Below, in pieces: positions 53,101 to 64,000 of a stretch of 64,000 nt of DNA. A program made the position numbers and the translations under genes. The notes under the pieces are model-generated. The model made no database searches. It was given only the letters and a program-made list of their open reading frames with translations, and was not told the origin of the DNA. Within the stretch, counting starts at the first letter, position 1. Every line of letters starts with the position of its first letter. This stretch comes from Balanoglossus misakiensis (lineage: Eukaryota; Animalia; Hemichordata), in the NCBI GenBank assembly GCA_040954595.2, contig CM082583.2, forward strand, positions 6,384,849-6,448,848, in the 5' to 3' direction.

Positions 53101-56100
53101 CTGTCGTTTTCTGACGTGCTACATCAATCAAACGTTGGAGTGTCGTTTTCTTAGCACATCGCCAAACACCTGGTCACCATCAATTTTCTGCCAAAATTAT
53201 CGCAAGCCATGCATAACTTCATTGTACCAGTCTTCTTGAAAACCCTGAGGTTTAATAGAGTTATGGACAAATCTTAATGGCATGGCATGTACATCCACCA
53301 AATCTGTTCATTTATTTTTTTCTTTTGCAATTATACATGACAGTGGAGCTCTATAGGCCAGCAGGTTGCTTGTATAGTATAGGGCTTATGGTAGATCAAA
53401 ACACGAGTCGATGTTGCATCGAGGCCCTTTGATATCTACATGTAGTTCAGTTTATTTATTTCTATGTACATGTACATGTGCACTGATCAAGAAGTACATG
53501 TATGCAAAATTCTTGAAAGCCATGAAACTTTATACCACGTACTCCTGAAAAGACCATGAAATGATGAAATTCATACCCTGTTAGTTCTACAGTGTTAGTA
53601 AGCTGCATATGCTTTTCTGCTGCATCAATTGTCACGGGGAGGTCTATGATACATGTACATCAAGGTTGCAAGAACATGCTGACATCATAAAACTGCACAG
53701 GCACATCTGAAAACTAGATTAAACTTGTTCTTCGAATCCTTGAAATCGAAATTGAAGGTCCAGTAATGCCAATTGAGACATTTGTCTGTGGTATTTTATT
53801 CCTCAATAATGAAACTAAAGTTTGTACTTGCTCATCAAAGATGCGCAATTTTAAATTCTGATGCTGATATTTGTTTGAAAAATGATTCCACCCATGTATG
53901 GGAAAAGAATGTAAAAAGGGCTTTGAATTTTTCACGAAATCATTTTTTGAGGTGCATTACTCTATGTTATAGATGCAGCCCGGGTAAAAGCCTGCTTTTG
54001 ACCTTGGGCTAGAGGTCATATTCAAGGTGTGTCTCATTGATCTGAAATACAGGTGTACTCATTGAAGCAAACTCTCACAAAATCCATGCCTAAAGAGCTG
54101 CAGACGATAAATTTAGATCATTTTGTCTGTAATTTTAGCAGAAAGTTATATTTTGCATCAATGAAATACGATAAGTTTGGCACAGAATGAGTTACTTGGT
54201 CTGGACGAGTGAGTGAAGTGGCTGTTCAGCATTCTGAACACAATATCACCCAGTTCTTTCTGCACTTAAGATAGATACTGGCTTTTAGTTAGCCCCGTGT
54301 TTCACCATATGCTCGGTGTATGGCCATTTGACAGATCAGACGGTTATGATGGATGGTTTCATCGTTTGCAGAAAAACGTCAGCAAACCATATCCATTTAG
54401 AAGAGGTAAAAGTACTAAAACCATAAATGCCTCCCTTTTCCCATTCAATATTGATGACACAATTTCACAGCTTGGGTTACTGAGCTGAGTATTCTTGGCT
54501 GACGATTTGAGAATTCATCATACTTGTATTTTGTCACTTCAAAATTCACACTTAGCACGGCATCAGAACACAAATGTAGGCTGTGTCACAGTATCCATGG
54601 AAACCTTCTGTCTCAGGGGCAACAACTACATAAAATCTATAGCCGACAAAAAATGTATTGTCTTTTAAAAAAAAATCACATTCCTATGAAGTCATCATAT
54701 TTTACTTATTTATAATACTGAATCAGAAAAAGAACAGTGTATGTATTGAGAAAATAAAACCCTGTAAAATACTGGGAGGATCTCCAAGACTTTAACTTTC
54801 CAGAGAGAATCATTTGTATACAACAGTAGGTTCAGATTAAACAGCTGATAAAATAAATCCAATTTATCTTCAATTGGTTTGAGATTAATCAACTGTGCCC
54901 TTGAGCTACCGACGTTAAATATGTGATCACAAATAAATTATTGAAAGTAGATGGTAACTGTCTTTGTGAATATTGAAACAGAATGAGTAGGAGAGTCTTG
55001 ATCACTCACACAAAGACAAAAGTAGAAAAATAAAATAGAGTTTGTCACTGTCTACGGGATAACGTGATTTTAGGATGATCCCCCCCCCCTTCTACAAACT
55101 GCCATGGGATTTGAATGAAATATTCAATTAGAGGTTAATAGCAGAGACGGAACTTTGGTCCGTTGTATCTCTTACCTCAATTGATGATGTCAAATGCCAG
55201 TCAATTTTTTTTCAAGTGTCTCGGCAGCTATTTAGCTAATTACAGGTCGTCGCTCCTCGTCTGCAGATGAGGCGTTAATGGAGTCTGCAACGACTGTCTG
55301 CAACCGGCCACATTTTATTAAAAAACCATCACTGTTCTTCTGCAAGGATGTTAATTTTTGTATTTCAAGAATCAAACATTTAGATCTTTGTCAAAAATGT
55401 GATCAAATTCTGCACCTCACTACATACATGTACATTGTACACATGCATCCAACACTATAGGTTCCCTAGGATTGTCATGTAAGGTTTTTAGTCTGTGTAG
55501 TCAGTAGTTTGCGTACCATAGCACAGATATACATGTATGCAATGGTGGATAGCTGTGTCAAATGGCATATTTTTGTCTCAGGTTTTCAGATCTAATGATT
55601 GATTTCAGCATTCCATGAATCTTTTTGCAGTTAAGTTAGCGCAACTTCACATTAACTTGCTCAGACATAGGGAGGCAATTGAACCCATGGACTTGTGTGC
55701 CTCGGGTTATGATGCATGTTTTCTTGACATTACAAGTCATGAGTATCGTTTGTACAATTGCAGCATTTTATGACAATTCAGGGAATTCGTCAAACTACAA
55801 ATATTAATCATATAGAACAGCATATAGGTTCTCTGACAAAGTGGTCTTCTGTAAGGGTGACTGATTTGTATAATTGTGAATATTTTGCCATTCGGTAATA
55901 CATCGCTCATATTGTATCACTGTTTACACATGCACTCATTGGTACTTCATCCCCCCTTTACTAACACTCCATTTTTGTTTTGCTTGACAACCATAGCAAC
56001 TGTTCCCATGGAGACAAGTGTTAGAGTGGGCAGCATAATTGATAATATAGCAAAGTTGATAAATCCCCTCCACTTTCCCCTGCAGTGTTGTTATTCTTCC

Positions 56101-59100
56101 AAAGGAAAACATTTTATTCCGTGTTTTCTGATGTACTTTATTTGTCCTCTGTGATTTCCCCAGTTCATGTAAGTTCACGAAGCAGCGTGATTGTAGTGAG
56201 AATGGGATTTATAAATAACACAGTACATATTGGTGTTGTGAAACACTCAATCAAAGGTCCTTGCTATTCTGGGAGGATGATAGCAATGTTGTTAGAAAAA
56301 TTGAGAGGGACTTATCAGTTGTGTGTTCAGCCATTGTGGCGTCCACATGTAATCAGTACAGCTGAATATAATGTTTTGTCAGTCTGGGGGATGAAATTCT
56401 AACGTGAAATGTTAATTTACAGACGTCGTGAATTCCCATTGCCATAGTTGTTATTGTTGTATCAAGGAAAGATTATTAGTTTTTACTTTACTACCAGATG
56501 TTCCACGTACCTGTGCTGATATCAATATAAGTTGATAGTTTGTTAGAAAAATGTGTAGTAGTATCCATAAATTTTCATGGGAGGCCATTGTCAGCACTGT
56601 TCTTGAATGTTGTGGGGGGACCAATGGTGTGATTCATTCAATGCATGGAACTGATTGTTCCTAACAGTGACACTGTATTAGACATCTTCTTCATATCACT
56701 TTTTTTTTGAAAATTGCAGAACATTTGAAATGAAATGTGAATAGTTTAATTTCTTGCCTATTCAAATTTAACAGTGTGTTTAGTGTTTGAGTGTACATAT
56801 ACTGTTATTTATAATGTCAAGTAAGTCGTATTTGAATTTCTGCGCAGTGCAATGATAAACACAATGTATGAAAAGAGTACGACATCTTTCCCTTTCATGT
56901 TTGGGGTGTATCGCTGTATTTTGTAATAATGGTGCAGTTGTCTGTATAACAAGACTGATGGCAAATTTACACACCATTCAGTGACACTTGCCACCAATTA
57001 TTTGCCTGAAGGAACACCAGGTTTCAGTTTCGAATTAATATCCTGTCTGGGTGTGCGCGCACAACGGACGGTGACATTTTACCGGCTGCGGTGTCCATTC
57101 CGACCCAGGAATGAAATTTCCTGCCTGATTTATATAATAGCGGAAATAACCCATGCTCGATACACTTAACAGCTAATCTGTATTTTTATGCGTACTTAAA
57201 AAATAAGCGGCTTTGGTCTCGATTTTCAGCTCACTGTCTAGAATTCAGTTTACTGTTTCAAGTGGAGGGCGTATAAAGCTGGATTTTGCCATCTGAACTT
57301 GACCTTTCCGACCTTTATGCAAATGAGTACTATATCGCATAATCTCTTTCTGTCATCTTTCGCACAAACATGTTTGAAATGAAGTGAAATGCATTTATCT
57401 TGATATGCACTCTAAAGCTGGAGCCAAATCGAATTTACAGTAATTACAGCACGTTTTCATGATTAAGACAAAAATGGCATCGGAATAACACTGAGTTTAT
57501 CTGTACTCTGCAGTTTTCTCCCAGCATGCATTGCAAGAAACAGGCGATAGGTTGAGCTGTATTTTTTGAGACCTTTAGTGTCATTTATTCGTTTTTGTCA
57601 TTTGACGTTAGTGTTTATTACCCAATTTAAGATTGAATTTAACAATACAGTGTGAATCAAGTGAAACTTTTAAATTAGTACAATACTAAGTGGAAAATGT
57701 TAACTCTGTATTACAAGAATGACTGGTGAATACTAAACTGACACTCGCAACAGACTAAAGTTAACTGTAGTGGCAGTTTACTTTGTTATAACCTCAAAGT
57801 TAAGGTGATTTCAAGTTGATTGCAAAACATTTTTGATCGAACCAACAAATATCTTTTCTCATTTCAGGAAAATTTACTGAAAGCTACATACGTCAGGTGC
57901 TACCTGTTCGCCCAAGGCAAACAGCCAATAGCATGGCTGAATCCTTGCATCGATGCCGCCATGGCGACGAACCAGAACAGCTCCCGACAAGTTGTAGTAT
58001 GGCTGTTTGCGTGTTCATTTCTCCAGTGTCTTTCCGTGCAAAGTGAACACTCGGGTGTTACTCACCGGATGGACTGGTTGCTGGAATTGCTTGGACATGT
58101 GAAAGGTTTTGCATACAAGACAAATACTGCTCCTCAAGAACATTTACCAACTGTGAGTTTGTCTATTTGTCTATTTGCTGCACAACCATGTTTTAAAGGC
58201 TAACAAGTAACGTTGACATTTTTCATCAATTCTGAAAGTCAAATACAACAATACAATACAATACAATACAATACAATACAATACAATACAATACAATACA
58301 ATACAATACAATACAATACAATACAATACAATGGATGTAAGAATGTTGAGAAACTTTTCATTTTCTCAATAACAGCAATAATTGAATATTATTCAGAAGG
58401 TTACCATACTGCTACCATACAATGTTTCACTATATTCAGATGAATGATTCTCTTAGGGTGTAATTTTTTTCACCACTAAAAATTCATGAGCATTCCAATT
58501 CTCAAGAGTCTTAATATCACAGTATTTTAATAAGCAAAATAACAAACAAGAATGCGAGAGATATGAAACTTTAATAACACTGAGTGTTTGAAATGTCCTA
58601 TGCATTATTTTGCATGTGCCAAGGGAGCCATAGAATAATATCATCTCGTCATCTTTTATCTTTCCTTTTACAAAGCAGACCGTGAAGTTTCTCTTGGATA
58701 TCTTCTCCGTTGCCATAGTTACATGGAGTATGAGGAGTCTCCGTTTATCCCTGGGACTTATGTCATTTCAAAGTAATCCTAATGCGTCTCTTGGGGAAGT
58801 TTCGGAAATTGCGACGGGATCAGGCTCGTGTCATCATCGCTCACAGACGTGTAATTTTCAAGATCTGTGCTCCGGGAATGGAAGTCTGGAAAGTCTTTCT
58901 TTGTCGGGGATGATCGCACATCTGCCAGACTGTCTGCCAAAGTTACTTTCGACGCGGCCGTGGGATCAACTGACCGACAAGGTAAAACAGCAAATGTGAG
59001 ATGTGTAGAAGTTGAAATAGATATACAGTAAAACCTGTCTAAACCGAACCCTGTCTAATCTGGAAACCTGTCTATACCGAATGCACTTTCCTGTCCCTTT

Positions 59101-60856
59101 GACATAGGGACCACATGTTAAAAGAATCTCTTTAAAATGGACACCTCTGCAAACCGAGCAGTTTCTTCAGTGTCTTTGGTGTTCTGTTTAGACAGGTTTT
59201 ACTGTACATGTATTCCTATGAACACGCTCATCCATGTGTATAATTGTTGTACTGCTATCACGTGACTTAGATTTTCCATAGAATGCTGCAGCAGTCCGTG
59301 TGTGACATTTTGTCACGGAGAAGGCTTATTGAGCCGGAATCTGGGGATCGAGCAGGAATGACACAGTGAAAGGGACTGCTGAATTGTACGGGAAGTAAAA
59401 AAGTTTGATTTGACAACATGGCTGAAAGTGTGGCAGATGGGTTCTGGGTTCAGTTGAATGCTTCATTGGACTGTAACCTAGGAAACGGGTCTGTTCAATA
59501 CACGTCTAAGTTTGCTAAGGACACACATTGGTTTGGATATAAGCAATATGGTGTATTAAACAGGAGGCTGGAAGTATGCAGTGAATGAATCGTTGAAGTA
59601 AATCAACAAGAAGTACATGTATCGGTGGTGCAATCAGTTCCGCGGGTAATAGGTACCCTTCTTTGCTACATATCATAACAGATGTCAAGGTGGCTTTTAA
59701 CAAATGTTCAGGGAATACAAAGCAGCATCATCAACGACATAAAGGAAATCTCATCCGAGAAGGCTTGAAGCTAAAAAGGAACAAGAGCCCATTTGCCTTG
59801 CAGCTCAGTTGTTCCAGTGAGTGCAGTCAACACACACGGAGAGAGATAGATTATTAACGTTGACGTTAAAGGCACTGACACTCATTGCAACCGCCCTCGA
59901 GGATCAAACGATTTTCACATTGTGGTAACTGGACTCTTGAGATTTAGGCATCCGTGATTTCACCGGCTTACAAGCACCCTTCAGTGGCTGCGTTGTGCAC
60001 TTTCAGGGATATCGAACGGCGGGCTGAAGGAGCGACTGGCTGCGCATATTGCATGCCTCTGAGCATCAACAACTGAGCTGTGTTCGATACTCGCGTACGT
60101 GCTCCAGCCCCGGGCTGTATCTGTCGAGTGCCAGGGATTTTAAACAGCGGCGTTTAACAAATTGATAAGAGCGAGTTCATACATTGTCGCCACACAACAT
60201 CAGTGCGCAGTATTTCTCACCATCTGAAGGTACATTTTAACGCCAGCGGAGTTCTTTACTCATTGAACAGCTGGCCCTCACCTGATAACATTGCCGCGGG
60301 CATGCACGTTGTGGTTGTCTTTGAAAGCGTGTGAACAACAAGGATGACCGTGCAAGCTAATTTCTGAATAATTGGCAATAACACATCCCCCTCCACATAT
60401 TCCACTTTCAGATAGAATCATTAACATCGATTCGACCTTCAGGACACACCCAGAGCCGAAGACCATTAACGACATCTCGGAAGCACATTTGGCCGCAAAC
60501 ACAGTTGTTAAAGCCTGATTTGTTAATGAGCTCATTATAAGTGTCATGTTTTTCTACACGCAGGTGCTTGACTGGTTGATTGTAATGCTGGATGACCCCA
60601 AATCTGTTTTATCAGATGCTTCCAAGCAAACTCTGACAGGTAATAATACTTCTATGAAAAACATTTAGTGTATCAAATGTTCTGTCATATTGTCAGGTTA
60701 AAAAAAATATTATTGTATACTTTTGGAGCATGATGAAAATGATGTTAATGAAATCAAGTTTTTTTTACAGAAACGCTGTATGCCACGAGACACCTGGCAG
60801 GATTCAAGAAAACTTCATTCTGGACCCGAGCTTTCAACAGGGACTTGTTTCAGTGA
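37990..60856 (+). CDS. FOCAD: Focadhesin (whole gene, 32 coding exons from the conserved ATG, about 1847 aa)
   Basis: All exons below join in frame (5544 nt). Motifs LLWEKC, PHPFISV..RSDCWP, QEMNNMPRGVYHSALKG, TAWLWVRD, LPGQPSADES, PPVNWTAILSPL, RMDWLLELLG and FKKTSFWTRAF match focadhesin as I recall it. Confidence 0.96.
38527..38789 (+). CDS. FOCAD: FOCAD exon 3
   Basis: IAELQLLWEKCMDQNQVVASACCEAL...CPFQL. Confidence 0.93.
38811..38896. mobile_element. Tiny piggyBac-like MITE
   Basis: TTAA|CCCTTTC...GAAAGGG|TTAA: TTAA on both sides and 7-bp perfect terminal inverted repeats with CCC/GGG ends. Confidence 0.65.
39147..39248 (+). CDS. FOCAD: FOCAD exon 4
   Basis: TPPHPFISVVTNRSDCWPALVEQVKYLLRQDDD. 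Confidence 0.93.
39525..39726 (+). CDS. FOCAD: FOCAD exon 5
   Basis: LGLCCVLLLKPFLKYVLLNP...VTPLMQ. Confidence 0.9.
40088..40373 (+). CDS. FOCAD: FOCAD exon 6
   Basis: TKPLTELTETV...VEDVLRI. Confidence 0.9.
40584..40774 (+). CDS. FOCAD: FOCAD exon 7
   Basis: KNTLSKSS...LVLPVLQVIL...DPEAR. Confidence 0.88.
41005..41265 (+). CDS. FOCAD: FOCAD exon 8
   Basis: ITKINVPITDPW...AAFDWLTAVQS...AAKDMTK. Confidence 0.9.
41595..41801 (+). CDS. FOCAD: FOCAD exon 9
   Basis: APNFLSLLLYRLG...RLLTSLWKLQ. Confidence 0.94.
41943..42070 (+). CDS. FOCAD: FOCAD exon 10
   Basis: DRCFPYLQKLL...VAKAASVRDVCQE. Confidence 0.94.
42227..42436 (+). CDS. FOCAD: FOCAD exon 11
   Basis: PHQHVSEMLTAV...EVVDIRTTWNALS. Confidence 0.94.
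42674..42749 (+). CDS. FOCAD: FOCAD exon 12
   Basis: PLVNKKLCEIFSLVPDLNVDTEEYE. Confidence 0.93.
43102..43236 (+). CDS. FOCAD: FOCAD exon 13
   Basis: EFRDEVVTILWSF...DDLPEN. Confidence 0.93.
43579..43753 (+). CDS. FOCAD: FOCAD exon 14
   Basis: ISSEVKAK...acidic tract...IPGDCYVKLM. Confidence 0.92.
43954..44136 (+). CDS. FOCAD: FOCAD exon 15
   Basis: FQKFLTSLAAQEMNNMPRGVYHSALKG...PGLKQGLA. Confidence 0.96.
44283..44404 (+). CDS. FOCAD: FOCAD exon 16
   Basis: ALLLSYDPPMETGKDGKP...LLNE. Confidence 0.94.
44588..44680 (+). CDS. FOCAD: FOCAD exon 17
   Basis: VPVQPSEWYRTMLMPQMWTMFMEKLFTAMLE. Confidence 0.94.
44879..45015 (+). CDS. FOCAD: FOCAD exon 18
   Basis: GRKAELEMQL...TAWLWVRDKVTDLLKSAS. 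Confidence 0.95.
45344..45572 (+). CDS. FOCAD: FOCAD exon 19
   Basis: GNPSLQYNSVLAMTGLAV...FNMCQQ. Confidence 0.93.
45763..46023 (+). CDS. FOCAD: FOCAD exon 20
   Basis: RTSGRNTLSS...LPGQPSADESPVLQFHCGLGLG...TGNE. Confidence 0.94.
46280..46504 (+). CDS. FOCAD: FOCAD exon 21
   Basis: GAMATMKALDVLE...GCMLGLGVALS...SRVHV...AVQ. Confidence 0.94.
47386..47505 (+). CDS. FOCAD: FOCAD exon 22
   Basis: TLCMCLACVTVSACNCNYLSAEVATLVLQKCHCLCQQYPQ. Confidence 0.88.
47782..47904 (+). CDS. FOCAD: FOCAD exon 23
   Basis: VGGISISTGLLCGGLCASGH...ETWSQGVASP. Confidence 0.88.
48065..48214 (+). CDS. FOCAD: FOCAD exon 24
   Basis: TKTALEQTAMLHGLVTLVS...IVKMLTQ. Confidence 0.92.
48593..48695 (+). CDS. FOCAD: FOCAD exon 25
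   Basis: IITSSDDVGMRSSASWLIAYLY...TKAN. Confidence 0.92.
48896..49102 (+). CDS. FOCAD: FOCAD exon 26
   Basis: VPSNYSYLPDTS...LPPVNWTAILSPLQRMKF. Confidence 0.95.
49496..49611 (+). CDS. FOCAD: FOCAD exon 27
   Basis: SEVQLKCVQLAVNQCKSASSASMFLQSLLSTSLFSALP. Confidence 0.92.
50519..50776 (+). CDS. FOCAD: FOCAD exon 28
   Basis: EPCKIVLFSSL...LCMSVLTGLKQALNL...MPNNIQ. Confidence 0.92.
52274..52366 (+). CDS. FOCAD: FOCAD exon 29
   Basis: KWQLSLLSALCDCMCLLPLEVLDRVTNPADQ, phase 0-0. Confidence 0.85.
52453..52621. repeat. GA/GGA-rich low-complexity tract
   Basis: Directly visible. Confidence 0.8.
57868..58152 (+). CDS. FOCAD: FOCAD exon 30
   Basis: ENLLKATYVRCYLFAQGKQP...RMDWLLELLGHVKGFAY...HLPT. 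Confidence 0.94.
58242..58332. repeat. (ATACA)n pentanucleotide microsatellite
   Basis: Directly visible. Confidence 0.98.
58679..58981 (+). CDS. FOCAD: FOCAD exon 31
   Basis: TVKFLLDIFSVAIVTW...LPDCLPKLLSTRPWDQLTDK; AAGCAG tandem acceptor (58676 or 58679). Confidence 0.9.
59026..59204. mobile_element. Tc1/mariner (pogo/Tigger-like) MITE, 179 bp
   Basis: TA|CAGTAAAACCTGTCTAAACCGAAC...GTTCTGTTTAGACAGGTTTTACTG|TA: 23/24 terminal inverted repeat with TA on both sides. Confidence 0.88.
60564..60639 (+). CDS. FOCAD: FOCAD exon 32
   Basis: VLDWLIVMLDDPKSVLSDASKQTLT. Confidence 0.92.
60771..60856 (+). CDS. FOCAD: FOCAD exon 33 (last coding exon)
   Basis: TLYATRHLAGFKKTSFWTRAFNRDLFQ-TGA. Confidence 0.93.
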
Positions 60857-61182
60857 CAGGTGTGGTTCAAGACTCTGTTTCATTTTGGATGCATTTTTGA
60901 AGTTTTGCTTGATCATTTTGATACAAGTCATTTCATAGGCTTGAAAAAGTCTAACCAAATGTATACACGGTTGCTGAATAGACATTGCTAGGGAATTTTG
61001 ATACATGTAAACATGAATGTAAATTTCAGAAGCATTTTGCGGAAAATTAGGTACTGCCAGTTATACCTGTGGACAAAATGTTACAGTGACTTCAATCAAT
61101 CAATCAACAAAAGTTTATATAGTGCCAAAATCCAAAATTTTGATGAGTCCCTTTGGATTGCAGTGACTGGTTTGTGACAGTG

Positions 61183-61188
61183 AATAAA
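61183..61188 (+). terminator. Candidate polyadenylation signal of FOCAD
   Basis: AATAAA about 330 nt after the stop, followed by a GT/T-rich stretch. Confidence 0.6.
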
Positions 61189-64000
61189 GAGAAAATACTT
61201 CTAGACATCGACGTAATCTTGTCTCATCTTTGCAGGTTTTTATCACAAGTACATCCGTCTCCACAGTCTCTCCCTGATGACACGTTCTAGATCTGAAGGG
61301 TGATATAAATAAGAGAAATAGATAGACCCGTTTGAATACCTAATGGACCTTCAGATCATTTGGTGGTTTTCTTTTGCGAGGAGCGCGTCATTACTTCTAG
61401 TCTCTCATGATCACATCTGCAGAACGCTCATCCGCGAATTATACTTGGGCTTGTCTTATTTTGGAACCGAGAATACCTTAAAAAGGAGATGGATTTCATT
61501 TGGCTATATCCCACATTTAGGAAATCTCGCGTCTACTGTCAAGGCCTGATTACCTTTCAAGGCTTCTCATTGCATGGCCCAAAGCAGCAAAGGTGACTCG
61601 CTTTGCCAAGTGGAATTTAAATCTCTCATTACGTTATGAACAGCTGTCATCCTCCTTTTGCGAGGACCTGTATTTGTTAGAAAGGAGAAGATTCATCAAT
61701 GCATTATCTTGCTTTTAACAGTTGCTCTTGAGGACACCATTAGTTATAAAATGGTTTAGCTATTTTTTTTTTCGTCATGTGTCTCCCGCAGCAGAATTCA
61801 ATTCAGGGAGATTTAATCAACGAATGGAGTGTATACATTACATTACTCACCACATTTTGTACTCATTATTGCAGTTGGGTGATTGATGCAAACTGAAAAC
61901 TAACCCGAGTTGACGTTTTGGAAGTAGTTTTTTATGCATATTTTCAGCGGCCAGCATAATTTGCCAACAGGCTACACGATATAATTGTCTTGATTTCCCG
62001 GTGCATTCCATCTGTTCTTCAATTATTCAAAGGTAACGGAGAACTGCGTAATGCTTGTCTTCGAGATATCACTGACTGCTCTTCATTAGTAAATGCCCAG
62101 ACACCGGCCAATGTTGCAAATTGCCGATTACTGGGTGATCTGTCATTGTTTCTGGGTTTTATTGAAAGTCTGATTGTCTACCTACTCACACAGCGAGCAT
62201 TATAAGGGGCCGTGGATACTTGAGACATCAACCTCTCTTAGCATTTCTATCTATCATTCCCTGAGTGCCATCCGGACTCTACTCATCGGTTGAACAAAAC
62301 AAATGGTGGAAGCACAAGCTATAATTGGCAGTTATCCACCCTGGTAATTATCTGTAATCAATATCATGCACGGTGCAGTAAGAGCCATGGTCATGTACTT
62401 GTCCTTGTAACTAACTTTGACAGAAGATGCCTCCGACGTCACTGAGTAATAATGACATTTGGACATGAGAAATAACGCATATGGCCGACCTGTAATTACA
62501 CTGAGCGCGCACATGTACATCACAAAGCCCAGCTACTTAAAGTAGTTCCTGAAATGTCTTGATAATTGTGGACTACAGAAGGCCTTGACAAGATAAAGAC
62601 ATAATCAACACCCCCGTGAATCACATCAGAAACAAACATGATGTGCTGGTGCCAGTTATGCCCCGGAGAAAGTAATACCCAGGCGAAGTTTGAATTGAAA
62701 TTCTCCAGTCATATGAGTGGTAATGTGGAAGAGTTGTGGACATATACAGAAATTTCACTCCATGAATAAATTTGCATCGTGAAATACATCCCACGTGCCG
62801 ACAAAACCCAAGGGAAACCAACCGACTTCCTTTCTTAATGTTATCAGTATATCGGTAAAGTATAATTAGGTGAACGTTAACATCTCTTTCCGAGGGTTAG
62901 GGCAGGAGGAAGGACACATCTTGATGAAAAAGCGTGCATAGATTATTACATTGTACGAATTCGGCTTCCAGTTTAGTGACATGGCATTTCTTCTCGATTT
63001 TCACAAACTGACAATTTGTTATCTCACATTTGGTACAGTATATGTATTTAAACAAAATACCGGTAGAAGCTGATGGGATCAGTTGGTGCCTCCAAAACTG
63101 TTCTCGGAATTTTCTAATTTTCGGATTGTTATGTTAAAATGACCGTCGCTTATGTGGGACGACAGTTATTCTTTTTCAGGGAACTTTCCTAAATCCATCC
63201 TTTCAGATCAGACGAACAGAAAACACTTCCGATGGCGCACATGGACACAGAAATTAAAGAGCTTCCCGTTGCCATTAAAATATGTTGACACGAACCTTAC
63301 AAGTTTTTATTTTTATTTCCAAATAATTGATCGTTTTTATTACTTGACTCGGACTAAGGAAAATGAATGTAACATCCGTCATGTCCGTGTATATAGAAAA
63401 CTGTTTTGTGATTGGTCAATTCATATGCGCAGTCCTAACTGCCATTGTTGAGCACAGATGGTGATGATCAGCTCTGATTGGCCAACCTTTGGTTGACATC
63501 ACTCTGACTGGTCAATACGAGATGGGCTGTTGTAGAATTCGTTGACCCTTGGAATATGGATGTCGTTGTTTCTTTCTGGTTTCGTTGACTCTGTCCTGGA
63601 TGGATATGTCGTCGAACGTTTTGTGTGAGTGGACAAAGCCGGGAAAATTAGCAGACAAAGCCGAGGACATGGAATAAGGAATTGCCGCCACGTTTTGCAG
63701 TCTCCGAAAGGAAGGGTGAGGTTACATCGCCAGAACACGACGAATGCCACATGGGCAGGACAACGCCCATTCGGGTAAGCCAACATTTCATTATGCCCAG
63801 AGGTAAATGATAGAAGTGAAATATGTACATGTTCTATCACTTTCAAGTGAAATGCAGTGATCCCTGTCTGGTCAGACACAGACGTGAGAGACCAGAGGAA
63901 CGTATTCCCAAAGTTTTTTTAGTTGTTGAGTAGTTGTATTCCGTGAATGTTAGCCTGTTGAATTGCATGTATTTGCATATTTGTGATCCGTATTCATATG

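Overview
Intron-rich animal genomic DNA, most likely an invertebrate deuterostome such as a hemichordate or echinoderm (inferred from gene content and composition). Two complete multi-exon genes were assembled by hand on the + strand with GT-AG junctions and consistent phases. The first is a CCBE1 orthologue (10 coding exons, 28092-36625, about 509 aa: signal peptide, two EGF modules, acidic linker, two collagen segments, GSGDD tail). The second is focadhesin/FOCAD (32 coding exons from ATG 37990 to TGA 60856, about 1847 aa, plus a probable short upstream exon at 37764-37780). The first ~27 kb has no recognisable protein-coding sequence. It holds candidate alternative first exons of an unidentified minus-strand gene that leaves the window on the left, microsatellites, a Penelope-type minimal hammerhead motif and many transcription-factor-like motifs. 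Small non-autonomous elements (Tc1/mariner-type MITE, piggyBac-like MITE, probable tRNA-derived SINE) lie in introns. Homology calls rest on my recollection of the human proteins, not on a search. I found no evidence of a wholly new multi-gene system. The most notable oddities are a six-fold in-frame NAG acceptor array in CCBE1, the hammerhead motif, a sharp CpG boundary at FOCAD and a run of RFX X-box-like motifs through FOCAD.
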